A stretch of DNA of 64,000 bases from an uncultured virus (IMG/VR IMGVR_UViG_3300007512_002205) (taxonomy: Duplodnaviria; Heunggongvirae; Uroviricota; Caudoviricetes), in IMG/VR virus record IMGVR_UViG_3300007512_002205, positions 1 to 64,000 of that record; one strand, written 5' to 3'. Below are positions 1-8,112 of the stretch, piece after piece (the first letter of the stretch is position 1; every line of letters begins with the position of its first letter). The notes below the pieces were generated by a model. The model ran no database searches and was not told the DNA's origin. It was given only the letters and a program-made list of their open reading frames with translations. A program made the translations under genes and the position numbers.

Positions 1-393
1 GATGTTACCATCTGTCCATATTATATGGATCTCTATACCCTTTTTTCTTGCCCTTCGTACCGTTGCCCAGGTGCCACTTCGCAAAGTTTCTGGATGGGAT
101 GGGATTGCGATCAGCATTTCGCTTCTGTTAACGATGTTTTGATCCCTAACAAGATAATCATATCTCTTTTCTTTTTGATCTCCCTTGCAGAAGGCTCTAT
201 ATTTTCCATTAGTTGGGGGATGAATGTGCGTCTTTATCCCAAACCTCACTGCAATATCATGAGCCATTCGATCTGCGCCAAGACAATCACCGTGGTGAAT
301 CCAATCGGGGCAAACCTCTTTCAGCTTTTCTTTGAGAACCTGTTGTTGTTTTTCTGTTGGTTCTTTTCTACTTCCTGTTATTCCAATATTCAT
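1..393 (-). CDS. SLOG-superfamily (YspA/DUF2493/DprA-like) nucleotide-binding protein, 3' end outside window
   Basis: Not in ORF track. Manual translation from ATG at 393: MNIGITGSRKEPTEKQ...WIHHGDCLGADRMAH...YLVRDQNIV...RSGTWATVRRARKKG. The ITGSR, HGxxxGAD and SGTxxT motifs are typical of SLOG proteins. Confidence 0.7.
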   Translation of the reverse strand, partial: MNIGITGSRKEPTEKQQQVLKEKLKEVCPDWIHHGDCLGADRMAHDIAVRFGIKTHIHPPTNGKYRAFCKGDQKEKRYDYLVRDQNIVNRSEMLIAIPSHPETLRSGTWATVRRARKKGIEIHIIWTDGNI

Positions 394-674
394 TCTTTCA
401 CCCATACAGCTTTTTTATTAAAGCCGCCCCTACTTAATTTCTTTTTATGCGCCTCAAAAATAACATCTGACAAAAACATATTGTGCGCTCTTATCATTGC
501 CATAAAAACTTCATATATATCAGCGGCTTCCTCAAGACAAGGATTCTCTTCAAACTCTTGAACTTCTTCCTTCACTTTGTCGATGAGTCGCTGTCTAAAC
601 TCTGCATCGTCCGCAGTATGATACTGTCCCCCTGGGAATAAGTCTGGTATTTTATCTCTTACAAGCTTAGTCAT
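390..674 (-). CDS. MazG/PRA-PH-like nucleoside triphosphate pyrophosphohydrolase
   Basis: KLVRDKIP start, KVKEEVQEF...EEAADIYEV acidic helices, C-terminal RGGF. Confidence 0.8.
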   Translation of the reverse strand: MTKLVRDKIPDLFPGGQYHTADDAEFRQRLIDKVKEEVQEFEENPCLEEAADIYEVFMAMIRAHNMFLSDVIFEAHKKKLSRGGFNKKAVWVKE

Positions 675-786
675 TCAACCACCCTCCTGCCGGCCTTCTA
701 TCTTCAGCCCAGCAATATGTACGATACGCAGCTCTCCATATCAATGTCATTGCCGTTCTATAAACGTATGTTTTTTTAAGATTCAT
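667..786 (-). CDS. small hypothetical protein (39 aa)
   Basis: Manual translation MNLKKTYVYRTAMTLIWRAAYRTYCWAEDRRPAGGWLND; fills the gap and overlaps both neighbours. Confidence 0.4.
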   Translation of the reverse strand: MNLKKTYVYRTAMTLIWRAAYRTYCWAEDRRPAGGWLND

Positions 787-965
787 TTTTTATCTCCACA
801 TTTGCAAGTCATACTATACGTCCCGTCATAACACTTGAACTTCCCAAAAGAGCAGCCAACGATACCACCATGATGTGAACAACAGCCCTTCGCAGAGGCA
901 ACAGGTGCCGATGAACAAGAGAACAACAACAGTGCCGCAAATATAATCAATTTTTTAATACTCAT
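783..965 (-). CDS. small exported Cys/His-rich protein (GCCSHHGG motif)
   Basis: Likely start MSIKKLIIFAALLLFSC (signal/lipobox-like), then GCCSHHGGIVGC...C.DG....C.C. Confidence 0.6.
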   Translation of the reverse strand: MSIKKLIIFAALLLFSCSSAPVASAKGCCSHHGGIVGCSFGKFKCYDGTYSMTCKCGDKK

Positions 966-1308
966 TTGCAATATCCTTTTCGCAATCCTTACAAAGCGAA
1001 GCTGTTGGTGTCGGAACAGACATACAAACAGGGCAACTGCCAAAGTACATTGGATCGACTTTAAACTCGTCGCCGACAGAACTAAACTCCAACCTTCTTA
1101 CACCTCTCAGTTTTATTTTAAACGCGCTTTCGCGTTCAAGCACATCTACAACACCTTGAAGTCTTTTGACCTCTTTTTTGAGTCTTTCAATTTCAGACAC
1201 AGCATCATCACAAACAACCGCTGTCCATATCTTCTCTTTCTTGGAAAAATACCGTTGTTGTCTGGCAACCGCTTTGAGGTCCACAATGATATCCTTCTTG
1301 TCACTCAT
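955..1308 (-). CDS. hypothetical protein with coiled coil and C-terminal Zn-finger-like CxxC...CxxC
   Basis: Probable start MSDKKD; CPVC and CKDC pairs. Confidence 0.55.
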   Translation of the reverse strand: MSDKKDIIVDLKAVARQQRYFSKKEKIWTAVVCDDAVSEIERLKKEVKRLQGVVDVLERESAFKIKLRGVRRLEFSSVGDEFKVDPMYFGSCPVCMSVPTPTASLCKDCEKDIANEY

Positions 1309-1543
1309 TTTCACCCCCCAACCAATCTTTTGGATGCCAGACGCCATCCTTAAAACAAACACAGTGCTTTACTTCGCTGAAGTTTATCTTAGTGTGGGGA
1401 TCTGGCATACATATTTCTGCACACTTAACGGACCAATCCGCATCTCTTTTTATGAGGAACCCGCTTCCAATAAGTATCGCACTAATAAACAGCACAAGAA
1501 ACACTGGCACAACATAATCACTCTTCATCCTTATCACCTCCAT
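1301..1543 (-). CDS. small membrane-anchored hypothetical protein
   Basis: N-terminal hydrophobic helix VVPVFLVLFISAILIGSGFLI and Cys-containing C-terminal part. Confidence 0.5.
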   Translation of the reverse strand: MEVIRMKSDYVVPVFLVLFISAILIGSGFLIKRDADWSVKCAEICMPDPHTKINFSEVKHCVCFKDGVWHPKDWLGGENE

Positions 1544-2903
1544 TCTTTTTGAAATCTTTATATAATTCTTTGATACGATTCTTTTGTTTCTTCAAAGCAT
1601 TCTCTTTTATGTCTTCAACTGTTTCACCTGTTGGTTCAAGAACCTCAATCCTAATTGAGGCTGTGTCCATGAAAACAGGATACACCAAGCCATCAGGACC
1701 GTTACGATTTTTCGCAATGAAAACACGACCACCATTGGCGTTCTTATCTTCAATTGTTCTCGACAGTGTGAGAATAAGATCGGCAACATAACACTTGCTA
1801 AATGCTTCTGCAATGCTTTCCATTGTAATAACTTCAGCATTGAGGCCGGATCTGTTTGTCTGTGAAGCCGTCCACACAGGGCACTCAAGTTCCTGTGCGA
1901 TGCCTCTCAAATCCTCATAGATTGTCTCAAGTTCCATGCGTTTTTCACGGTACACCTTGATCGGTCTTAACAGATCGCCATAATCAACAATGACAAGATC
2001 AACATCGTGGTTGATATTCTTGAGTTTTTCAAGATGATTTCTCAACGTTGCTGTTGTCGCCTTCTTTGTTGGATATTCCTTGATAATAAGCTTGTCTTTG
2101 TACTTCTTAACTTCATCGAACACATCTTCTTTAAATGTAAACAAATCTTTCAAAGAATAGTTTGTCAAACACGCATCGTAACGTGTTCCGATAACAGTTT
2201 CACTGAGTTCCATTGTATAATGAACAATGGATTTGCCCGCCTTCAATGCAGCGGCACCAAGATGAACAAGGGCCATAGATTTACCTGCTCCTGTTGGAGC
2301 AATGACAACGCCAAGTTCTCCCTTGCCATGACCACCCTTTGTCAGCTTATCAACAAGATCCCAGCCTGTTGTGATGGGGTTTCTCGACTTCATCATATAT
2401 CTCTGCTCAAAGTCTTTGATGTAATCATAGCCTATATCGTTGTTCATGCCGAGTTTGAGTGCTTCCCCGATGAGGGAACTGATTTCATCAAACGAAGCCT
2501 TCTGAAGCAATTGTGCGGACTTTATGAGGGCAGTCTTGAGCTTCTGCTTCTTGCAAAAGTCAAGCGCCGTCTCTTTGATGAACATTTCATCTTCAATCGC
2601 CTTGTTCGCAAGGCATCTCGCAAAATATTCACGCACCATTTTTTGTGTTGCTTCGTTTTCATCGTCAAGATCTGCACGCAACATCGTGATCATTGCTGAA
2701 TCTGACGGGTGTGTGCTATATTTGTCTTTATAATCGAGCAGTTTCAAAACAAAAACTTGCAGATGTTTCAGTTCAAGAAAGTTAACATCAAGAACCTCTC
2801 GAAATTGATCGCAAAAAGGGCGATCCTGATACATAATGTGAACAAGCTTCTCTTGAAAGAGCTTTCCAAAACGTGAAAAATCAACCTTTTGGTCGAAGTC
2901 CAT
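1518..2903 (-). CDS. DnaB-like replicative DNA helicase (T4 gp41-like)
   Basis: Walker A APTGAGKS, Walker B IVDYGD, SF4 motifs TASQTNR and KNRNG. Confidence 0.93.
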   Translation of the reverse strand: MDFDQKVDFSRFGKLFQEKLVHIMYQDRPFCDQFREVLDVNFLELKHLQVFVLKLLDYKDKYSTHPSDSAMITMLRADLDDENEATQKMVREYFARCLANKAIEDEMFIKETALDFCKKQKLKTALIKSAQLLQKASFDEISSLIGEALKLGMNNDIGYDYIKDFEQRYMMKSRNPITTGWDLVDKLTKGGHGKGELGVVIAPTGAGKSMALVHLGAAALKAGKSIVHYTMELSETVIGTRYDACLTNYSLKDLFTFKEDVFDEVKKYKDKLIIKEYPTKKATTATLRNHLEKLKNINHDVDLVIVDYGDLLRPIKVYREKRMELETIYEDLRGIAQELECPVWTASQTNRSGLNAEVITMESIAEAFSKCYVADLILTLSRTIEDKNANGGRVFIAKNRNGPDGLVYPVFMDTASIRIEVLEPTGETVEDIKENALKKQKNRIKELYKDFKKNGGDKDEE

Positions 2904-2926
2904 TATCTCCCTCCTGTGTGTTGGAT

Positions 2927-2955
2927 ATTATACTGAATCTGAGTGTTCTAGTCAA
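2927..2955 (-). promoter_or_regulatory. sigma70-type early/middle promoter for helicase operon
   Basis: Minus strand TTGACT-17 nt-TATAAT, followed by SD GGAGG before ATG 2903. Confidence 0.8.
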
Positions 2956-3926
2956 GACGATCTGAATGGTGTCTTGTTGTATGAAATGTTTTGCAAATTT
3001 GCGAACATGCCTGTCCAGTTGTACTGGGCGATCCCGTCAAGGATCATCATTTTTGTAATTTGTGTCTTGTTAAGATCGAACGGATACTTTGACAGCAAAT
3101 TTCTGATTTTCATTCTCACCCCACCAGATACAAGAGGTGAATATAACTGCACAATCTTATAGTTCTCTTTGATTTTCTCTTCCTGTTCAACAATCTTATC
3201 AAAGAGTTTCAGCTTGCCTTCATAGTCCTTGCAAAACTGAACAATGTCTGTGATTGTCTTTGTGTCCTCTTCGATGAAGAGGGGGATCTTCTTTGCAAGG
3301 GTTGTGAACCCTGCCCCACGGATACCCTCAACATTATCGCTCTTATCGCCAACAATCGCCTTTGCCAATGCAAAGTTTGTTGGGTGAATTTTAAAATCTT
3401 CAACAAGAGTTTTTCTTGAGACAAACTTCTTTTGAATAGGGCGGTAAATGATTGTCTCTTCATCGGCCAACTGGAAAAAATCTTTGTCGCTTGACACAAT
3501 AACTTTTTCCCATCCGGGATACTCTTTTATAACAGATGCAATGATATCATCAGCTTCGATACCATCAAAGATGAACTGTGTCAGTGGCATGTTACTCAGG
3601 TATTCAATAAGGTGTGTCTGCTGCCACAGTTTGTTTTCATCTTCCTGTTCAGGTGTTAGCTGGACTTCTCTTCTGTTAAACCGCATTGGTTTGCGGCCCT
3701 CTTTATAACCACTGCTCATTGCTCGTCGTTTCTGTGACCCTCCGGGGCCATCCCAACAAACAATAATATGGTCTGGTCGTATCTCTCTTAAAAAGACTTG
3801 CATTGTTTTTAAAAAACCAACAACACCCCCGACAGGTAAGCCGTTGGGGGTGAGTGTGGGATTTACAATAAGTGATCTGTAGTAGCTATTGAGGCCATCT
3901 ATAATCAGTACTCTATTCTTTTTCAT
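2952..3926 (-). CDS. 5'-3' exonuclease/flap endonuclease (T4 RNase H / PolI 5' nuclease family)
   Basis: IIDGLN, WDG, YKEGR, EADDIIA, SSDKDFFQL, GDKSDNVEGIRGAG. Start corrected to MKKNRVLIIDG at 3926. Confidence 0.92.
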   Translation of the reverse strand: MKKNRVLIIDGLNSYYRSLIVNPTLTPNGLPVGGVVGFLKTMQVFLREIRPDHIIVCWDGPGGSQKRRAMSSGYKEGRKPMRFNRREVQLTPEQEDENKLWQQTHLIEYLSNMPLTQFIFDGIEADDIIASVIKEYPGWEKVIVSSDKDFFQLADEETIIYRPIQKKFVSRKTLVEDFKIHPTNFALAKAIVGDKSDNVEGIRGAGFTTLAKKIPLFIEEDTKTITDIVQFCKDYEGKLKLFDKIVEQEEKIKENYKIVQLYSPLVSGGVRMKIRNLLSKYPFDLNKTQITKMMILDGIAQYNWTGMFANLQNISYNKTPFRSS

Positions 3927-4074
3927 TTTGTTCCTTTTGTTTTTCTGGGTCGAGTGTGCGGACGATGGCTTCGTGGGCTGCGTCCATGAGATTCTCGCAC
4001 CGTGCTGCGGAGCATTTGGTTGGCTCCAAGAGTCGCTCAACGATGTCCATCTGCTCGATCTCAGTCGGTTTCAT
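3913..4074 (-). CDS. small hypothetical protein spanning the island boundary
   Basis: SD GGAGG + ATG 4074; GC-rich 5' part, AT-rich 3' end (EKQKEQNEKE). Confidence 0.5.
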   Translation of the reverse strand: MKPTEIEQMDIVERLLEPTKCSAARCENLMDAAHEAIVRTLDPEKQKEQNEKE

Positions 4075-4297
4075 CTCGGGCCTCCCGTGGCGGGTATGGG
4101 ATGGACGCCAGCGGCGCATCGTAGTTGCAATCAGCGTTGCAGCAGTAGACCGACAAGGCGGCGGGTGCGTAGTACAGCGTGCGGTTTCGATAGGGGTATT
4201 TCAGCTTGCTGCCGTCTGCCTCGATGGCATTGCTGGTCATCATGGCCGAGACGACAGGACCACCGCAGCGCGGGCATCGTGGGTGCTCACCCATCAC
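4061..4297 (-). CDS. small Zn-ribbon-like hypothetical protein (island)
   Basis: CPRCGG ... CCNADC; SD GGAGG upstream. Confidence 0.55.
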   Translation of the reverse strand: MMGEHPRCPRCGGPVVSAMMTSNAIEADGSKLKYPYRNRTLYYAPAALSVYCCNADCNYDAPLASIPYPPREARDETD

Positions 4298-4779
4298 TCA
4301 CCTCCCAGCGCAGGCGGGTCGGGAAAATGCCGGCGCACGATGTCGGCGCACTGGGCGTGCGTCTCTGCGCGGGCGGCGGCGGCGGCATCGGCGGCATAGG
4401 CGGCGGCATAGGCGGCATCGGCGGCGGCATAGGCGGCATCGGCGGCGGCATAGGCGGCGGCATAGGCTGCCCGCACATCCCGCAGTGACACCCCGTCGTC
4501 ACCGCGAGCCCACGCCCTGGCAGTCTCGATCGCTCGCCTCGGTCGTTCCTCACCCTCCGGTACATGCACCAGCGCCAGCTCCGCGCAGTCGCACGCGGCC
4601 AGCACCAGTGTCCGGTGGTCACCGCCAGAATGACCGAGCAGCCACAGCATCCAGTCGCCGCGCTGGCAGTCGCGCCACGCCCGTGTGGGACTCCGGCGTC
4701 GGCCGAGCCATTCCACGGCAGCGGGACACGGGGTCTGCTGGGCGGTGGTTTCGATCTGACGTGTCAGTTTGCTAGTCAT
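4294..4779 (-). CDS. Imm5-like helical protein with Ala-Tyr/Ala-Asp repeats (island)
   Basis: RGDWMLWLL, AACDCAE, EERPRRAIETARAW, then AAYAAAYAAADAAY repeats. Start at ATG 4779 after GGAGG. Confidence 0.6.
   Translation of the reverse strand: MTSKLTRQIETTAQQTPCPAAVEWLGRRRSPTRAWRDCQRGDWMLWLLGHSGGDHRTLVLAACDCAELALVHVPEGEERPRRAIETARAWARGDDGVSLRDVRAAYAAAYAAADAAYAAADAAYAAAYAADAAAAARAETHAQCADIVRRHFPDPPALGGE
4371..4467. repeat. coding minisatellite of 9/12-bp units (ggcggcatm / ggcggcggcata)
   Basis: Visible tandem units encoding AAY/AAD/AAAY. Confidence 0.85.
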
Positions 4780-5017
4780 CTCGGGCCTCCAGCGTGGCGT
4801 CTGCCGCAGTCGGCGGAACGCGACCGCACACATAGCAGGTGCCGTCAGCGTGCAGTTCGCCGCCAAAGTGGCGGCAGGGCTCGTCGTCATTACAGGCGCT
4901 GATAACCTGCTGTCGCCAGCGCCGGTTTGCCGCCTCGATGACGCGCAACTTCGCGATCTCAGCCTGCGCCCGGTCAAGGGCGTCGGCGAGGTTCAACATT
5001 TCAATATCATTCTTCAT
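4772..5017 (-). CDS. small hypothetical protein spanning the other island boundary
   Basis: AT-rich start MKNDIEMLN, then GC-rich coiled coil and Cys-containing tail. Confidence 0.55.
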   Translation of the reverse strand: MKNDIEMLNLADALDRAQAEIAKLRVIEAANRRWRQQVISACNDDEPCRHFGGELHADGTCYVCGRVPPTAADATLEARDD

Positions 5018-5487
5018 TTAAGCCCTCTTTCTTTGGCATATTGTCGCCAGTCACCAGATTCAATTTTAATTCCCATAATCCGATCTCTTGGAACAAGATA
5101 CATCCAAGCTTCCATATTGTTTTCAAGGGGCACCTTGATTCTTTCATAAAAATTTGGATGCCCTTCAAGCTGATCAAGAGAAATCATCGCTTCGATATCG
5201 ACATCGTAAACTTCACCTTTTATTGGAACACCAGACTTGTCTTTGCTTGCTGCTGGGAAGTAACCAAGATCCTTCATAATGAAATTGTCTTTTGTAAAAG
5301 TTTCTTCAACAAATTTTGCTTCTTCATGTTCCATAAGGCCATGGTTTCCCATCCCGCTCATCAAAGAACCATAGACAAAAACAAGATTTTGTCGCTCCAA
5401 GTCCTCATCGTAACCGAGAAGCCATTCTTCATATTCGTCATCGTCCATTTCCTCATAACCGTCGTCCCAAATATAATCCTCACTCAT
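5014..5487 (-). CDS. gamma-glutamylcyclotransferase (AIG2-like/GGCT) family protein
   Basis: VFVYGSLM.G..NH, GEVY, LDQLEGHP.FYER, IESGDW. Start at 5487 with SD AAGGAG. Confidence 0.88.
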   Translation of the reverse strand: MSEDYIWDDGYEEMDDDEYEEWLLGYDEDLERQNLVFVYGSLMSGMGNHGLMEHEEAKFVEETFTKDNFIMKDLGYFPAASKDKSGVPIKGEVYDVDIEAMISLDQLEGHPNFYERIKVPLENNMEAWMYLVPRDRIMGIKIESGDWRQYAKERGLK

Positions 5488-5509
5488 GGCTTCTCCTTGG
5501 GGTATACAT

Positions 5510-5650
5510 TTATTTGCCTTGTCCCTTATACCTCTTTTTATATAGCTTGCTCTTCTTATTGTGGGCGTATTTGGAAAATTTTCCATTGCCCTGTCTTGTC
5601 TTTTTACTTTTCGTTTCACTCCTCTTTGAAGAGTTTTTCTTGCTGGCCAT
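5510..5650 (-). CDS. small highly basic protein (46 aa)
   Basis: Not in track. MASKKNSSKRSETKSKKTRQGNGKFSKYAHNKKSKLYKKRYKGQGK; ATG overlaps ligase stop (TAATG). Confidence 0.75.
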   Translation of the reverse strand: MASKKNSSKRSETKSKKTRQGNGKFSKYAHNKKSKLYKKRYKGQGK

Positions 5651-6744
5651 TACTTGTCCTCCTTAATTCGGATTGCTTTGCCAATTGGGAAACGTGGAAT
5701 GTTGTCCTCACTCTTCCCAAAGAATCGCACTGTGAGTTGTTTACCATAAAAACTTTCTGCTGATTTGAGCCAATCTTTTCGTTGTTCCATTGTTCCCTCG
5801 GGAACAACCTGAAATTGTTGGCCATCTATTGTCTCGCATGTCCAAATCACAGCGTCTATCATCTTGCCTTTGCCATTGGTGCTACCAACAATTGTGAATT
5901 CTTCATCATCAAAGTTTTTGAATTTCAACAAGTCTCTGCTTCTATGTCCAAGCTTATATTTGCCATCATCAAGTCTGATGATGAGTCCTTCATAACCCTT
6001 CTTGATATAATAAGCCTGCATATCAAAGACCTCTTCTTCAGAAATCACTGTTCCTGTTTTTATAGGAAAGATATATTCGCAATCATTCAAGGTTTCCTCA
6101 AAGACATCATCGATTGTGTCTTTACGAGCTGACCATGTATCATCCAATTTCTTGAGGTCAACAACATCATAAACATAGAATTTCAATTCAATGCTTTCCG
6201 GCCTGTTCTTTTTTACGAGCCTCATGAAAAGCTGAAACGGCATTCCATGAATATAAAGCTCCCCATCCAATACGATATTTTTTGGAAGACCTTTTTGATC
6301 AAGTTCGCTTGCGATATGAGGAACATTATATGGTTTACCACCACGACTCATAAGAGCAATCTTGCCGTCTTTCCAATATGCAAGGCAACGAACGCCATCA
6401 AGTTTTGGTTGAGTATCAACAGGGTAGGTGAGTTTTTTCTTTTTGGGATCCCACTTATGGGCAAGCATAGGGCTCAGTCTCACTGTTCCTTTCTTTGCAA
6501 CAGACGAAGCGTAGCCTTTATCTTGCTTCTTTTTTGCAATAGACTTTGCTTCAAGTTCTGCCTGTTCTTCAGGCAGTGTCTCGTTGGCCTTTCCAATGTT
6601 TTTGCCAACAGCTTTCTTCTCAGAGATCTGTGTCTTGCCATCGAGCAAACCATGCTCTGTATAAATTGAGTCTTCTTCTGTCCAAATTGACCAGACCCTT
6701 GTCTTTCCTTTTGAATCAGTTTTATAAAGTGTTATCTTATTCAT
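5650..6744 (-). CDS. ATP-dependent DNA ligase with N-terminal WGR-like domain
   Basis: PMLA, motif I QPKLDGVR, LDGELY, YVYDV, GYEGLIIR, LLKFK, PRFP. Confidence 0.93.
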   Translation of the reverse strand: MNKITLYKTDSKGKTRVWSIWTEEDSIYTEHGLLDGKTQISEKKAVGKNIGKANETLPEEQAELEAKSIAKKKQDKGYASSVAKKGTVRLSPMLAHKWDPKKKKLTYPVDTQPKLDGVRCLAYWKDGKIALMSRGGKPYNVPHIASELDQKGLPKNIVLDGELYIHGMPFQLFMRLVKKNRPESIELKFYVYDVVDLKKLDDTWSARKDTIDDVFEETLNDCEYIFPIKTGTVISEEEVFDMQAYYIKKGYEGLIIRLDDGKYKLGHRSRDLLKFKNFDDEEFTIVGSTNGKGKMIDAVIWTCETIDGQQFQVVPEGTMEQRKDWLKSAESFYGKQLTVRFFGKSEDNIPRFPIGKAIRIKEDK

Positions 6745-6895
6745 TGTTTTCCTTTAGTGCCTCTCTCAATATATCATCTGCCCAGGCGCTATCATCAGCC
6801 TCCAATGCGGCCTTGATGCCTTCTCGGAGACGTTTAATCTCTGCCTGCAATTTTTCAATCGTCTGATCCTGATCAAGCACCGTTTTATTCATCAT
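6737..6895 (-). CDS. small coiled-coil hypothetical protein
   Basis: MMNKTVLDQDQTIEKLQAEIKRLRE; overlaps both neighbours. Confidence 0.5.
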   Translation of the reverse strand: MMNKTVLDQDQTIEKLQAEIKRLREGIKAALEADDSAWADDILREALKENNE

Positions 6896-8045
6896 CGCGT
6901 ACAGACTCGGCACCACTCTCCTCCTTGTCGACATCGTAAAACAACTCAGCATTGCCTGTTTTATCGTCAAACTTTTGAATTACTTCTTCGTCCATCACGT
7001 TCATTACTTCTTTCTTGAAATCTTTATCTTTCAATAGTGTAAGCCATTGCTTTGACTGGAACCTCTTTTCTTTTCCATCTCTGAACATGAGAGTATACCA
7101 CGAACCAGCAAGCTTCAACCTCTCTGAGTTCTTGATTGCTTCGAACCAAGACTCTTCATCACGGACTGCAACGTCGTCTGTTCCCCAGAGAATCTTGAAG
7201 GCGCATGTTCTTCCGTCTGTTCCAAAGCGCGACTTCTTAATCTTTGCCTTAACCTCGGAACCAATTCTGAAGCCTGCTTCGTTCGTTAGATAGCTTGCTT
7301 TTGATTTTCTATTCGTCAACCAAATTCTTAGTGAATATGAATAGTTCAAAGCTTTGCCGCCCGGTGTCGTATACGGTTCAATCATTGCTTGAATTCTTTG
7401 TGCGTTATCCTTCGGAATGAAGGTCTTCAGTTGATTCAGGCAGAGCAGCGTTGACCTTGTGTTTGCAAGCAGTTGGATAATCTTTGTCATTCCCTTTGCA
7501 AACACACGCGCCTTGACACCAACAGATGAATTGGGGTTGAAGTCTCCTTCAACGTCAGACACCGCTGGTGTCATCGCAATGGAATCCCATACAAAGAGCA
7601 TAGGACTTCCACTGTTTGCCAATAAATCTTCAATAGTTTCAAGAACAAATTCAACAGACGCTGCTTGAACGTATAGCAAATTTTCGATATCGCAACCAGT
7701 GTTTTTAAGAAACTCCGTATCAATTGCAGACTCTGCGTCAAAATATACAACATCTACCCCTCTCTCTTGTGCGTTCTTTGCGATTTGTGCGGCCATATAA
7801 CTCTTGCCTGTCGCTTCAAGCCCTGCGAGTTCAACAACTTTCCCCATGGGAATGCCGGCCAATTTTCCACGACAGATAATCGAATCAAGCCAACGTGAGC
7901 CTGTGGATATCCAATCATAAACATCTGTCGGATTCTTTTTTGTGAGATCATAAGCAACGTCGATGCCAGCCTTCTTGTTCACAAGCTTTCTCATCTCAGC
8001 AATTGACAAACGACCTTCTGCTTTCACTTTCTTTTTCTTTGCCAT
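6885..8045 (-). CDS. RecA/UvsX-like recombinase
   Basis: ISTGS..LD, Walker A GLEATGKS, FDAESA, VWDSIA, LNQLK, TTPGGKAL. Start MAKKKK at 8045 with SD AAGGAG. Confidence 0.93.
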   Translation of the reverse strand: MAKKKKVKAEGRLSIAEMRKLVNKKAGIDVAYDLTKKNPTDVYDWISTGSRWLDSIICRGKLAGIPMGKVVELAGLEATGKSYMAAQIAKNAQERGVDVVYFDAESAIDTEFLKNTGCDIENLLYVQAASVEFVLETIEDLLANSGSPMLFVWDSIAMTPAVSDVEGDFNPNSSVGVKARVFAKGMTKIIQLLANTRSTLLCLNQLKTFIPKDNAQRIQAMIEPYTTPGGKALNYSYSLRIWLTNRKSKASYLTNEAGFRIGSEVKAKIKKSRFGTDGRTCAFKILWGTDDVAVRDEESWFEAIKNSERLKLAGSWYTLMFRDGKEKRFQSKQWLTLLKDKDFKKEVMNVMDEEVIQKFDDKTGNAELFYDVDKEESGAESVRDDE

Positions 8046-8060
8046 GACTTCTCCTTTATG

Positions 8061-8092
8061 ATGGAGGGGGAGGCAAAAGCCTCCCCCTCCAT
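8061..8092 (-). promoter_or_regulatory. perfect 14-bp hairpin between SSB and recA
   Basis: ATGGAGGGGGAGGC-AAAA-GCCTCCCCCTCCAT; no U-tract on the sense strand. Confidence 0.65.
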
Positions 8093-8112
8093 TTCGCAAC
8101 CCTCTGATTTAC

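Larger units (their letters stand above)
3945..4992. mobile_element. high-GC horizontally acquired island of small phage-type genes
   Basis: Abrupt shift to very GC-rich sequence (roughly two-thirds GC by eye) within an AT-rich genome; no integrase or transposase seen. Confidence 0.75.

Noticed and set aside
4371..4467. Possible CRISPR array
   Set aside because: Short contiguous 9/12-bp coding units with no unique spacers.
3889..4902. Plus-strand ORFs in the GC island (poly-Gly, RHRR repeats) and the minus-strand MPPP frame
   Set aside because: Shadow frames of the minisatellite in high-GC DNA; the accepted minus-strand ORFs have SD sites and coupled starts/stops.
5488..5619. N-terminal extension of GGCT given by the ORF track
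   Set aside because: A better SD-led ATG exists at 5487, and the region holds a separate 46-aa gene in another frame.
8046..8099. Longer RecA start from the ORF track
   Set aside because: Runs through the intergenic hairpin; the SD supports ATG 8045.
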